A stretch of DNA of 57,948 nt, counting the filler, from an uncultured Actinomycetes bacterium (GTDB lineage Bacteria; Actinomycetota; Acidimicrobiia; Spongiisociales; DATADW01): NCBI GenBank assembly GCA_963824995.1. It is 4 parts of 4 records of this genome, joined end to end, with 100 filler letters (N's around TTAATTAATTAA, not from the genome) between each part and the next. Parts side by side here need not be neighbours in the genome. Positions count along the whole stretch, not along the records: positions 24,258 to 46,706 come from CAWGRK010000015.1; positions 46,807 to 57,948 come from CAWGRK010000017.1; 2 more parts are not named here. One strand, given 5' to 3'. Position numbers and translations under genes: made by a program. Each line of letters opens with the position of its first letter. Positions within the stretch are counted from its first letter, which is position 1. Below the pieces are notes generated by a model, which worked only from the letters and a program-made list of their open reading frames with translations, searched no databases and was not told where the DNA came from. Below are positions 43,313-54,305 of this stretch, piece after piece.

Positions 43313-46300
43313 GTGGGAGTGCACTTCCGGGTCCTCGGACAACTCGAGGTCGAGAGGCGCGGGGCGAGCGTTGCGCTGGGGTCGTTCAAGCAGCGCTCGC
43401 TGCTGGCGCTTCTGCTCATCCACGCCAATCAGGTGGTTTCGACCGACCGGATCATCGACGAGCTCTGGGGTGACCAGCCTCACGCCGACCGGCAGAACGC
43501 GCTGTGGGTGCACGTCTCCAACCTTCGGTCGGCGCTCGAGCCCGACCGCGAGAAGCGCTCCGAGGGCACGCTGCTCCTGACCAGGTCCCCCGGTTACATG
43601 CTCCAGGTCGGACCCGACGAGCTCGACTCGGCGAGGTTCGAGCGTCTCGTCGCCGAGGGCCGGGGGCTGATCGACGTCGATCCGGGAGCGGCCTCGGTGG
43701 CCCTGGGAGAGGGCCTTGGCCTGTGGCGGGGGCGGCCCTACAGCGACGTCATGTACGAGTCTTACGCCCAACCCGAGATCGGGAGGCTCGATGAGCTGCG
43801 GCTCGAGGCGGTGGAGCTGCGCGTCGATGCCGATCTGCGGCGCGGCCTGGCCGCGGAGCTGATCGGCGAGCTGGAGAGCCTGGCCCGCCAGCACCCGTTG
43901 CGGGAGCGGTTCGCCGAGCAGCTGATGGTGGCGCTGTACCGCTCGGGCCGCCAGGCCGAGGCGCTTCGGGCGTTCGGGCGGCTGCGGTCACATCTCGGTG
44001 AGGAGCTGGGCATCGAACCTTCCGCCTCGCTGCAGGCCCTGGAGGAGCGCATCGTCGTCGCCGACCCGACCCTCGACCTGGCGCCGGCCGCCGACACCTC
44101 GCAGGTTCGACTGGCGGTCCGGGGATATGAGCTGCGGGAGCGGCTCGGCCGGCACGGTCCCGGGATCACCTATCGCGCCTACCAGCCGGCGGCGGGACGG
44201 GAGGTGGCGGTCGAGGTGATCGAGTCCGATCTGGCCAACGACCCCGGGTTCATCCGCCGCTTCGAATCCGGCGCCGAGCACATCGCCCGGCTCGAGCACC
44301 CCCACATCGTCCCCTTGTACGACTTCTGGCGGGAGCCCGACGCCGCCTACCTGGTCAGCGGGCTTCCCCGCGGCGAGAGCCTGGAGACGGTGGTGCGGAG
44401 GGGTCCGATCGACCCGGAGGCGGCGGCTCAGATGGTGGAGGAGGTGGGGTCGGCGCTGGCGCTCGCCCACAGCCGCGGTGTGGTCCACGGCGCCGTCACG
44501 CCCGAGACCATCGTCGTGGACGAGGAAGGGCGCGCCCACCTCGCCGACTTCGGCGTCGCCGTCGAGGCGGGGACGGCCTCGTCCGACCTTCGCGACCTGG
44601 CGATCGCCCTCGGCTACGCCCTGACCGGTAGGCGCCCGACCGGGCACGATCCCGTGCCCTCCGAAATCCCGCCCGCACTGGCTCAGGTCGTCGAGCGTGC
44701 CGTCATCCGGCGCCGGATACCACGACGCCGACTCGTTCGTGGCTGCGGTCCGAGCCGCGCTGGGGACGGCGGCTCCGCCGCGGAGACAACCCGATTCAAC
44801 CCCTACAAGGGACTGCGACCCTTCGAGGAAGCCGATTCCGCCGACTTCTTCGGGCGGGAGCGGCTGGTGGAGCGGCTGCTGGCGCGGCTCGGCGAATCCG
44901 ATTCCCGGGGCCGGTTCATCGCCCTGGTGGGACCGAGCGGAAGCGGCAAGTCGAGCGTGGTCAATGCCGGGCTGTTGCCTGCCCTCCGCGGCGGCGCACT
45001 TCCGCGGATCCGGAGACTGGTTCGTCGCCGAAATCATCTCCCGGCCCGCTACCCCTTCGAGGAGCTGGAGGCGGCGCTGCTCGCGCATGGCGGTCAATCC
45101 GCCGCCGAGCCTGCTCGACCAGCTGCTCGACGGCGACACCGGGATACGCCGGGCGGTGAAGCGGGTGCTTCCCGACCCACACTCGCACCTGCTGCTGGTC
45201 ATCGACCAGTTCGAAGAGCTGTTCACCCAGGCGCCGACGGCGACGGCCAACGCCTTCCTCGATGCGCTCGCCGCCGCCGTCGCCGACCCGCACAGCCCGC
45301 TCCTGGTGCTGGTGACACTGCGCGCCGACTTCTACGACCGCCCACTCCGCCACCGGGGCGTCGGCGAGCTGTTGCGGCGCGGGACCGAGGTGATAACACC
45401 GCTCTCCCCCCATGAGGTCGAGAGGGCCGTCACCGGACCGGCCGAGCGGGTCGGGGCGACGTTCGAGCCGGGCCTGGTCGCCCAGGTCGTCGCCGACGTC
45501 GCCGAGCGCCCCGGAGCACTCCCGCTGCTCCAGTACGCCCTAACCGAACTCTACGAGCGCCGCCGTGGATCGATCATCGAGCTCTCCGCCTACCGCGACA
45601 TCGGCGGTCTGGCCGCCGCCCTCGCCCGCCGCGCAGAGGCCCTCTACCACGGGTTCGAGGACGGGGAGAAGCGGGCGAGCCCGTCAGGTGCTACTGCGGC
45701 TGGTCACGCTTGGTGAGGGGACCGAAGACGTCCGACGCCGCGTGCTGCGCCAGGAGCTGCATCTCTCTCGGCGAGCCGGACGTCGAGTCGGTGCTCGACT
45801 CGCTTCGGCCGCCACCGCCTGCTCAGCTTCGACCGCGACCCGGTGACTCGGGGACCCACCGTCGAGATCGCCCACGAGGCGCTGCTCGCCGAATGGAACC
45901 GGCTCCGCGGCTGGATAGACGCCAACCGCGAGGACGTGCGCCAGCAGCGGCGCCTCGCCGCAGCCGCCGACGAATGGCAGGCCGCCGGCCAAGATCCGGA
46001 CTACCTGTTGAGCGGGACCAGACTCGACCAGCTAGCCGCCTGGGCGGCCCTCACCGACCTGTCGCTGGATCCCGGCGAGCGGGCCATCCTCGACCGCCAG
46101 CATCGACCGGCGAAACCAGGAGCGAGCCTCCGAAGAGGACCGCCGCCGCGACGAAGAGAGGCTCCGGCTGCGGACCCGCGGGCGCACCCGACTGCTGATC
46201 GCCAGCGGAATCGGTTCTGGTGGTCGCTCGCCGCCCTGGCCGGCTTCGCCTTCATCCAGCGCAACGCGGCCGAGCGCCTCGCCGACCAGCTGGCAGCCTC

Positions 46301-46706
46301 CGATCAGGCCGGGCGCCTTGCCTCCGCCTCGGGGGTGATCGTCGAGAGCGATCCCGACACGGCGATGCTGCTCGCCCTGCAGTCGTTGGATAGCAGCGCT
46401 CGCGCCGGCATCCCCGCCCGGCTCGAGGCGGAGGAAGCGCTGCACTGGGCCCTGCAGGCGGCGAACGTGCACTACCCGAGCACGGAGCTACCGGTCGAGG
46501 TGCGTTCCGGGCCGTTCGGGCCCGACCGGGATCTTTCGCCTGCCACTCGACGATCTCGTCGCTTGGCGCAGACCCGGCTCGGGGAGCGCTCCTTGACGGA
46601 TGCGGAGTGTGCCGCGCACGACATCGCACCGTGTCCCCGCGGCCGCGCCGCCACGGCGTGGCCGACGATACCCGCCGAGCCGGAACGGCTACCAGGGCGA
46701 TACGTC
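43313..46706 (+). CDS. SARP/BTAD regulator fused to a degenerate Ser/Thr kinase and a STAND (nSTAND1-like) NTPase; frameshifted, truncated by gap
   Basis: FRVLGQLEV, LWRGRP, HPLRER, ALYRSGRQAEAL; VHGAVTPE, ADFG; NPYKGLRPF, FFGRE, GPSGSGKSS, IDQFEELF, LRADF, LPLLQYAL, AHEALL. Confidence 0.9.
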
Positions 46707-46806
46707 NNNNNNNNNNNNNNNNNNNNNNNNNNNNNNNNNNNNNNNNNNNNTTAATTAATTAANNNNNNNNNNNNNNNNNNNNNNNNNNNNNNNNNNNNNN
46801 NNNNNN
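46707..46806. other. Artificial scaffold gap with linker
   Basis: N-run with TTAATTAATTAA. Confidence 0.98.
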
Positions 46807-48058
46807 CAGAACGGATCGAAGAGCTCAAGCTAGACCCGGAGCGCAGCCCGGACGACGTCCGCCGGGTGATCACCGACCTGGTCGGCGCCTATCAGCGGAC
46901 GGCGCACACCGGCCGGGGCCTTCCACTGCGCGACCCCGGTGAGATGGAACAGCGGCTGTGGGAATCGGTGGCCGGTTATGGGCCGCTCACCGGTCTTCTC
47001 ACCGACCCGTTCATCGAGGAGATTTTCATCGAGGGCAGCAGAGTCACATTCATCGACGGCTCGGGGAGACTCCGTGCCCTGGTGGCGGCGACCAACGAGG
47101 AGGAGAACCGCCAGGTGGTCGATCGGCTACTCGCCGGGACCAACCGCCGGCTCGATGCATCCAATGCCATCGAGCAGGCCAGGGTGCTCGACGGCGAAGG
47201 CCGGTTGACCGCAGTGGTCCCGCCGGTGTCCGACCGCCTCTCGGTGACCCTGCGGAAGTACACCGTTTCCGACGAGACGCTCGGGTCGCTCGTCGAGCGC
47301 AACTCGCTCACCCCGGAGGCGGCGGCGTTCATGTGGGTGCTCGCCCAGGCGTCGATGTCGGTGCTCATCTCCGGCGCCACCGGCGCCGGGAAGACGACCA
47401 TGCTGAGCGCCTGGTTGCGGGCGGTCCCCGACGACCAGTGCATCCGCATCTGCGAAGAGGTGCGCGAGATCCACGTGCCTCTCCCACCCCACTCCAGCGC
47501 ATATGAGGCGAGCCCGGTGACCCTCGAGGGCCAGCGCCGCTATGGGTTGCGTGATCTGGTCAAGGTCTGCCTTGCGCAGCGGGTCGACCTGCTCTGCGTC
47601 GGCGAGGTGCGCGGTGCCGAGGCGTTCGAGTTGACCAGGGCGGTCAACGCCGGTTGCGGGTTCGCATGCACGGTCCACGCCAACTCGGCGGCGACGCCCT
47701 CTACGCCATCGTCAACGCCGCCCTGATGGCGGGTGAGAACGTCCCGGAACCGGCGGTACGCAAGATCTTCGCCCAGTCGCTCGACTTCGTCATCCATCTT
47801 GATCGCGACCTGCGCCGTCCCCGCGAAGGCGACCAGGGCCTGCGCCGTCAGGTGAGGGAGATCCTTGCCGTCGCCCCCTCGCTGTCCACCGACGACTTCA
47901 CCACCGAGCCGATCTTCACCAGGCGCGCTCTCGGCGAACCGCTGGTCTGGAGCGGATCGATGCCGCCCGAGCCGGTGACCGAGATGATCGAACGCGCCCT
48001 TCCCCCGGACGTGCGTCTCAAGGACCTGCTGAGCGGCGACTGGAAGCCGGAACCATGA
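46807..48058 (+). CDS. tadA: CpaF/TadA pilus assembly ATPase, 5' truncated, frameshift near 47690
   Basis: GYGPL, ISGATGAGKTT, VGEVRGAEA, TVHANS. Confidence 0.9.
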
Positions 48059-49033
48059 GGGTGCTGGCGGCGCTCTTCGCCGGGCTCTTCTTTTACCTGC
48101 TGGTCGCCTACCTGACCGGCAACGGTCCCCGGTTTGAGGTACGGCGGTCACCCGCCACCCAGGTTTCCCCGCGACAGCTGTGGCTGATCCAGGCGGGCTC
48201 GGATCTCACCCCGCGCCAGTTCCGTGCCGGGTCGATCGCCGCCGCCGCCATCACCTTTGTCCTCTTCCTCTTCCTCACCAGTGCCTGGTGGATTGCGCTC
48301 GTCCCCGCGGTCGTCGTTGGGCTGTGGCCCCGCGCCTATTACTCGCGACGGCGCAACCAGCGGCTCGCAGAGCTGACACGGGCATGGCCCGACGGGATCC
48401 GCGACATCCTCGCCTATGTCAAGTCGGGGAGCTTCCCTCCCCGTGGCGCTCGAGGCCCTGGCGCGCAAGGGTCCCGAGCCGCTCCGGCTCGCCTTCGATC
48501 GATTTCCGCTCCAGGCACGCATGTTCGGGATGATCCCGGCGCTGGAGATGGTCAAGGAGGAGCTGGCCGACCCCACATCGGACAAGGTGATCGAGGTGCT
48601 CATCCTCGCCCATCAGCACGGCGGAGATCTGGTCGAAGACGTCTTGCGAGACCTGATCGAAACCACCGTCGCCGACCTCGCCACCCAGGAGGGGATCCGC
48701 ACCGCCAACTTCGAGCAGAGGCTGGAGAGCTGGGTGGTGGTGGCAGCGCCGTGGATATTGCTCCTGTTCCTGGCCACGATCCCCGAGAGCTACGTCGCCT
48801 TCTACCAATCGCCGCCCGGACGCTTCACCGTTCTCGTGGGAGCGGTGTGGGCCGGCATCGGCTGGCTTCTGATGCGCTTCATCGCCCGCCAACAGGACGA
48901 GCCGCGGGTGCTCGGCGGTGGCTCGACGGTGAACAAGACACGTTCCGCAACGCGCCGTCGCCAGGCGGCGCCCACCGAGAGCCAGCCGGCGCCAGCGGGC
49001 CAAGTCGCGCTCGATGTACCCGAGGTGCGATGA
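48055..49033 (+). CDS. tadB: TadB-like membrane platform protein (T2SS F family), frameshift near 48430
   Basis: WPDGIRDI...SG, ELADPTSD, HGG; follows tadA with ATGA overlap. Confidence 0.8.
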
Positions 49034-49995
49034 CTGCCGGTCTGAGCTGGATGGAGCTCACCGCGGTGGCCGCTGCCACCGTGTTCGCCGCAGTGGTGGC
49101 ATGGTTGCTGATCCGGCCCTACCGGGGGCTGGCCGGACGGCTCAGGCCGTACGTGGCCGTGGCCCGTACCCGATTGGCGAGAAGCGTGGACGCGGGCGGT
49201 CAGGCTGCGACCGGTCCCGTCTTCGGACAGGGGACCTTCCGGCGGTTGTTCGGCCCCATCGTCGAGGGAGTCCTCGCCAGGTTCTCCCGGCTCATCTCGT
49301 TCGGCTCGGAGGCGCAACTGGCGACCAAGCTGCGCCAGGCCGGGCTCTACCCAGGGCTCACCGCCCGTGACCGGGTTCGCGAGTACCGGGTGCGGTCGTT
49401 CCTCTTCTCCGCCGGCCTCACCGTGCTCGGCGGGCTCTTCGGACTCGCCCTGCGCGGGGTGGCGGCGATGCTGTTGTTCGGCGCCGCGGGATTCGTCATC
49501 GGCGTCCTCTTCTCGCGCAGCCGGGTTGACGGCGCCGTCGGGCGCAGGCGTGAGCGGATCCGCTCCGAGCTATATACGGTGAACCAGTTGATTGCCATGC
49601 GCACCCGGGTCGGAGGCGGGGTGGTGGACGCCCTGCGACACACAGTTGATCGGGCCAACGGCGTGTTCGTCGATGAGCTCGCCGAGATTCTCCGGCTCCA
49701 CGAGAGGGGGCTTCCCATCGGCGTCGCCTTGCACCGGGCCGCACAGCTCACCCCGGAGCCAGAGGCGGCGCGCACCTACAACGTGCTCGCCACCGCCCAG
49801 GAGCGCGGCTCCGACCTCGCCGACGCGCTGCTGGCGCTCAGCAAGGACCTCCGCCAAGCGAGGCGTGAGGATCTGCAACGTGACGCTGCGCGCAGGCGGC
49901 TTCTGTTGGTCTTCCCGATGATCGTGGTCCTGGCGCCACTGGTGCTCCTGTTCCTGGGGGCGCCGCTGCCCAGCCTCATCTTCGGGGGGTTGTGA
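49030..49995 (+). CDS. tadC: TadC-like membrane platform protein
   Basis: KLRQAG, two TMs, ERGSDLADAL, C-terminal TM. Confidence 0.8.
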   Translation: MTAGLSWMELTAVAAATVFAAVVAWLLIRPYRGLAGRLRPYVAVARTRLARSVDAGGQAATGPVFGQGTFRRLFGPIVEGVLARFSRLISFGSEAQLATKLRQAGLYPGLTARDRVREYRVRSFLFSAGLTVLGGLFGLALRGVAAMLLFGAAGFVIGVLFSRSRVDGAVGRRRERIRSELYTVNQLIAMRTRVGGGVVDALRHTVDRANGVFVDELAEILRLHERGLPIGVALHRAAQLTPEPEAARTYNVLATAQERGSDLADALLALSKDLRQARREDLQRDAARRRLLLVFPMIVVLAPLVLLFLGAPLPSLIFGGL

Positions 49996-50024
49996 TGAGA
50001 CGTTCCCGACAAGGAGGGAAGCTG

Positions 50025-50213
50025 ATGGATGGTGTCAAGAGCATCATCGACCGAGCCGTGATCGTGCTGCGTCAGGACGAGGGCGCCGTCGAGACCACCC
50101 AGATCTTTGCCTGGATCGCGGTGGTTGTGGTGGCGGTGGTCGCTGCCGGCGTCTTGATCCAGGCCCTCGGTGTCGATGTCATCAACTGGGTGCGGGGGCA
50201 GATCGGGGTCTGA
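50025..50213 (+). CDS. Flp-type major pilin candidate
   Basis: AGGAGG RBS, leader ending RQDEG then hydrophobic helix, 62 aa. Confidence 0.7.
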   Translation: MDGVKSIIDRAVIVLRQDEGAVETTQIFAWIAVVVVAVVAAGVLIQALGVDVINWVRGQIGV

Positions 50214-50232
50214 GCGGCGCGCCAGTATCCCC

Positions 50233-50625
50233 ATGAGGGCTATCGAGGTTCGCTGGCGGCCCGACCGAGGGATGACCACGGTCGCCACCCTGCTGGCGAT
50301 CGGCTTCACCCTGATCGCCGCGGTGGCGATGCTCCAGGTGCTTCTGTTCATGTACGGGCGGATGGTGATCCGCTCGGCGGTGGACGAGGGCGCCAGGGCC
50401 GGGTCGCGCATCGACACCGACGCTTCTGTTTGCCTGAGCCGGGCGAACGACGTACTCGGCGACCTGCTCGGCGGTCCACTGGGCAATGACATCTCGGTGT
50501 CGTGCGGGTCGAACGGGGCGGAGATGGTGGCGGTGGCCAGTGCCACGTTGCAGAGCCCTCTGCCCGGCGTGCCCGCCTGGTCGTTCCAGACGGTGGCGCG
50601 GGCGGTGGAGGAGCAGGAACCGTGA
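50233..50625 (+). CDS. TadE-like pseudopilin
   Basis: DRG followed by hydrophobic helix, AVDEGARAG. Confidence 0.8.
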   Translation: MRAIEVRWRPDRGMTTVATLLAIGFTLIAAVAMLQVLLFMYGRMVIRSAVDEGARAGSRIDTDASVCLSRANDVLGDLLGGPLGNDISVSCGSNGAEMVAVASATLQSPLPGVPAWSFQTVARAVEEQEP

Positions 50626-51083
50626 GGCGGGTTTTTCGCCTCCTGCACCGCGAGGAGACCGGGGCGGCCTATTCGGTGGTCGAACTTGCCGGGGTCCTGG
50701 CACTGATGATCTTCCCCACCGTCATGGTCCTCTCCCAGCTTCCGTTGTGGATCGATGCCAACTCGACAGCCGATCTCGCCGCCCAGGAAGCGGCGAGGGC
50801 CGTAGTGATCGCCGACACCTATTCGGCCGGTTTGGCACATGGCTCAACCGTGGCCGAGCAACTCGGGGCAAACCACGGGCTCTCGCCCGATGAACTGTCG
50901 GTCGGGTTCTCGCTGACAGGTGGCGGCGAGGGCGGCGGTTTCGCCAGGGGGTCGACGGTGACCGCCACGGTGACGGTGTCGGTGCCCGGGATCCTCGTAC
51001 CAGGCGTCGGCTACGTGGGTGGCCCATTCACCGTGACCCGCGCCTCCTCGGAGCGGGTGGACGACTATCGGAGCTTCCCTTGA
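50622..51083 (+). CDS. TadE-like pseudopilin
   Basis: ETGAAYSVVELA, AAQEAARA, ERVDDYRS. Confidence 0.8.
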   Translation: MRRVFRLLHREETGAAYSVVELAGVLALMIFPTVMVLSQLPLWIDANSTADLAAQEAARAVVIADTYSAGLAHGSTVAEQLGANHGLSPDELSVGFSLTGGGEGGGFARGSTVTATVTVSVPGILVPGVGYVGGPFTVTRASSERVDDYRSFP

Positions 51084-51523
51084 GCCGTACTCCGGAGCTT
51101 CGGTGGCGGTCCGAGCGGGGGAGCGTCACGCTGTGGGGGATCGGTTTGACGCTTGTGCTCTTCGGGTTCGCCGGGGTGGTGGTGGACGCCTGGCGCGCCT
51201 TTGCCGTCCGCCAGGACCTCGCCGGGATGGCCGACTCGGCGGCGGCGGCGGGGGCGACGGCGCTCGACGAGGACGCCTACCGGGCAACCGGAGCCGTGGT
51301 GCTCGACCCGGACGTGGCGCAAACCAGGGCAGCGGAGTACCTCGGCCGCCAGGAGGGCTTCGAGGACTCGATCTCGGTGGCGATCGCGGCAACCCCCGAG
51401 AATGTCGCGGTGAGCCTGGAGCAGGACGTTCACTTCACCATCCTCTCCGGGTTCCTCGAAGGCGAGGCCCCTCTCCGCGTCGGGGTGACCGGCCTCGCCG
51501 TCCCCTCAGACCCTTCCGGCTGA
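51080..51523 (+). CDS. TadG-like pseudopilin
   Basis: ERGSVTLW, VVD, ADSAAAAGA. Confidence 0.8.
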   Translation: MSRTPELRWRSERGSVTLWGIGLTLVLFGFAGVVVDAWRAFAVRQDLAGMADSAAAAGATALDEDAYRATGAVVLDPDVAQTRAAEYLGRQEGFEDSISVAIAATPENVAVSLEQDVHFTILSGFLEGEAPLRVGVTGLAVPSDPSG

Positions 51524-52179
51524 GTGACCGACGAAGGGCCGGAGGGCGGTGAGCGCCTTTGGCCGGGGTTCCTGGTGGTGGCGGTCCTCGCCGTTGCTCT
51601 GACCGCTGTCATCGTCTTGGACCGGGACGAGCCTCAACCAGCGGAACCGGCTGCCACGCCACCCTCGGTTACCTTCGGTACGGACCCCACCCTGGTTCCG
51701 GCGACCACCCAGTCGGTCACCACTACCTCTGATGCCCTGCCGACATCGACGCAAGCACACCCAACGACCCTCCGCCGACGACCACGGAGGCGCCCGCAAC
51801 AACCGTCGCACCAACCACCACGAGCCTGGCGGCTTCGCCCATCCGCGCCGCCAGTCATGCGCTGTCCGCATGGGGTCGGTTCGCGGTGAGCGGCAACCTC
51901 GAACGACTCGATGGCTACTTCCATCCGGATGGCCCCCAGTGGGAGCAGTTGGCCGGGGAGGCGGACACGATTGCCCAGAATCCGCCCGGCCCTCCTCCAT
52001 ACGAGGTCACGCTCCGTCGAGCCCGGGTCGTCGAGAGTGGAGCCAACGGGGCCGTGGTGCGTGGCCGGGTCACCTTCGTCCGCCGGGGAGAGCCCAAGCA
52101 GAGGTATAGGTGGGATCTGGTCATGGTCCCCGGCGAACAGGGCGAATGGTTGCTGTGGACGGTGGCGGAGAGGGGCTGA
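51524..52179 (+). CDS. Membrane-anchored protein with Thr-rich linker and NTF2-like C-terminus, frameshifted
   Basis: N-terminal TM, PTT-rich linker, AWGRFAVSGNLERLDGYF...EWLLWTV. Confidence 0.55.
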
Positions 52180-52290
52180 CAGGGGCGCGGCGAGAGGACG
52201 TTTCGGCGGCGCGCAACCGCCCCGACTGTGACACTGCGACGGCAAGGTGGCACAATCCCTCTCACCGATCTCTCGAAGGAGTTGTCCCCA

Positions 52291-52950
52291 ATGGAAGTCG
52301 TACTGCGCGCCGAGCCGGGTCGGGCCACCGGCAGCTCCGCCTCTCGGCGATTGCGCCGCGATGGCAAGGTGCCCGCAGTGGTCTACGGGAGGGACATAGA
52401 GCCAACGCCGGTAGCCGTTTCCGCCCGTGAGTTGAACTCGGCGCTTCGGGGCGAGTCGGGCGCCAACGTCCTGCTGCGCCTCGATGTCGATGGAGCGGAG
52501 CATCTCGCTCTGGCACGCCAGATTCAACGCCACCCATGGCGAGGGGAGATCCGGCATGTGGACTTCATCACGGTGACGCTGACCGAGACGGTCGAGGCCG
52601 AGGTCGCCATCCACCTCGAGGGCGAGTCGGTGGGTGTACAAGAGGGCGGCATCGTGGAGACGGTCCGGTCAACGATCCGGCTCGCCGCCCTGGTCACCAA
52701 CATCCCCAGCGTCATCGCGCTCGACATAACCAAACTGGACGTGGGAGACCACTTGCGGGTCGCCGACCTCCCGGCGCTCGAAGGCGTCGAGTATCTCGAT
52801 GACCCCGACGAGTTGCTGGTGACCGTCGTCCTCCCAGCTGCCGAAGTCGCCGAAGCGGCCGAAGGCGAGGAGGAGGAAGAGGGCGTCGAAGGCGAGGAGG
52901 AGGGCGCCGAAGGACCCGAGGACTCGGAGGAGTCTTCCTCCGAAGGCTGA
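52291..52950 (+). CDS. rplY: 50S ribosomal protein L25 / Ctc
   Basis: GSSASRRLRRDGKVPAVVYG, QRHP...HVDF, acidic tail. Confidence 0.95.
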   Translation: MEVVLRAEPGRATGSSASRRLRRDGKVPAVVYGRDIEPTPVAVSARELNSALRGESGANVLLRLDVDGAEHLALARQIQRHPWRGEIRHVDFITVTLTETVEAEVAIHLEGESVGVQEGGIVETVRSTIRLAALVTNIPSVIALDITKLDVGDHLRVADLPALEGVEYLDDPDELLVTVVLPAAEVAEAAEGEEEEEGVEGEEEGAEGPEDSEESSSEG

Positions 52951-52987
52951 TCGGGGCGGCAGTGGCTTCGGTCTCCACCTTGGGATC

Positions 52988-53584
52988 ATGAGCCGGCCTA
53001 CCGTCGATCGGGTGATCGTCGGGTTGCGCAACCCGGGTGCTGATTACGCGGGCACGCGGCACAACGTCGGTGCCGAGGTCGTCGGCCTGCTCGCCGGTCG
53101 CCATGGCGTGAGTCTTGCCCGCGGCCCGCTCCGGGTTAGGGCCGAGATGGGTCAGGGGACCGTCGGGGAAATGCCGGTCGCACTGGTTCTGCCTCTTCCC
53201 TTCATGAACGATGCCGGCCCCGTGGTAGCGGCAGCGCTGCGCTGGTACCACCTCGGGCCGCAAGAATTGCTGGTGATCCACGACGACATCGATCTCCCAT
53301 TCGGCAAGCTCCGCATCGCCGCCGGGCGAGGTTCGGGGGGACACAACGGGGTGCGGTCGGTGATGCGGTCGCTGGGTGATGCCGAATTCACCCGGCTCAA
53401 GCTCGGCGTGGGTCGGCCACCCGGTCGCATGGATCCTGCCGCCTTCGTGCTCCGCCGCTTCGATCCAGCGGAGCGTCCCGAGGTGGACCTGCTCCTCGAG
53501 GACGCCGCCGACGTGGTGGAGGCCTCGCTCACCGATCCGGACAGAGCGGTGCGGATGGCGGGTGGCAGGCGGCCACCCCCATGA
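52988..53584 (+). CDS. pth: Peptidyl-tRNA hydrolase
   Basis: IVGLRNPG..YAGTRHNVG, FMN, HDDIDLP, GGHNG. Confidence 0.95.
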   Translation: MSRPTVDRVIVGLRNPGADYAGTRHNVGAEVVGLLAGRHGVSLARGPLRVRAEMGQGTVGEMPVALVLPLPFMNDAGPVVAAALRWYHLGPQELLVIHDDIDLPFGKLRIAAGRGSGGHNGVRSVMRSLGDAEFTRLKLGVGRPPGRMDPAAFVLRRFDPAERPEVDLLLEDAADVVEASLTDPDRAVRMAGGRRPPP

Positions 53585-53609
53585 CCCCCACCGGGGCTAC
53601 CGTCGGCGC

Positions 53610-54305
53610 ATGATTCGAGGTGGAGCGGCCCTCGTGTTGTTCCTGTTGGTCGCATCGACCCCGGCCCAGGCGGGTTCCGTCGCCGCTCAACCGGTGGACC
53701 AGGAGTGGGAGCCGGGGTGCGGCACCGGGGACGCCGGGCCGCTGTTCCGCGCCTCCATCGATCCGGCGCCGGTTGACCGGATGGAGTTCTCATGGCGCGC
53801 CGGGTGTCCTGTCGGCACCGGAGACCTCCGGCTGCTGACTCTCACATATCGGGGTTTCGATGGCGCCATCCACCTCGGCGAGCTGGTCGTCCATGAGGAC
53901 CACGCCCTTTCCGTGGTCGGCGTGTTCAAGATGCTGTTTGAAGCGGGATTCCCCATCCAGCGGATGAAGCTGGTGGACGAGTACCAGGGCGACGACGATG
54001 CCTCGATGGGGGCGAACAACACGTCGGCCTTCAACTGCCGGCTCGTCACCGGGAGCGACGACACCTGGTCGCAGCACTCCTACGGGTGGGCCATCGACAT
54101 CAATCCCGTCCAGAACCCTTATGTGAATGGCGGGACCGTGCTGCCCCCCGCCGGTTCCGCCTATCTCGACCGCTCCGATGTCCGCAAGGGAATGGTGATC
54201 GACGGGGACGAGGTGGTCGCCGCCTTCGCCTCGATCGGCTGGGAGTGGGGCGGCGACTGGGTCAGCCTCAAGGACTACCAACACTTCAGCGCCACAGGGC
54301 GCTGA
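53610..54305 (+). CDS. Secreted M15-family metallopeptidase
   Basis: Signal peptide, SWRAGCPV, NNTSAFNCR, WSQHSYGWAIDINP (SxHxxxxxxD), DYQHF. Confidence 0.9.
   Translation: MIRGGAALVLFLLVASTPAQAGSVAAQPVDQEWEPGCGTGDAGPLFRASIDPAPVDRMEFSWRAGCPVGTGDLRLLTLTYRGFDGAIHLGELVVHEDHALSVVGVFKMLFEAGFPIQRMKLVDEYQGDDDASMGANNTSAFNCRLVTGSDDTWSQHSYGWAIDINPVQNPYVNGGTVLPPAGSAYLDRSDVRKGMVIDGDEVVAAFASIGWEWGGDWVSLKDYQHFSATGR

Noticed and set aside
13094..46806. Three identical TTAATTAATTAA motifs within N-runs
   Set aside because: Artificial contig linkers; linkage across them is not evidence.
48055..49995. 646-aa TadB-TadC fusion
   Set aside because: Produced by a frameshift near 48430; separate tadB and tadC with an ATGA overlap fit better.
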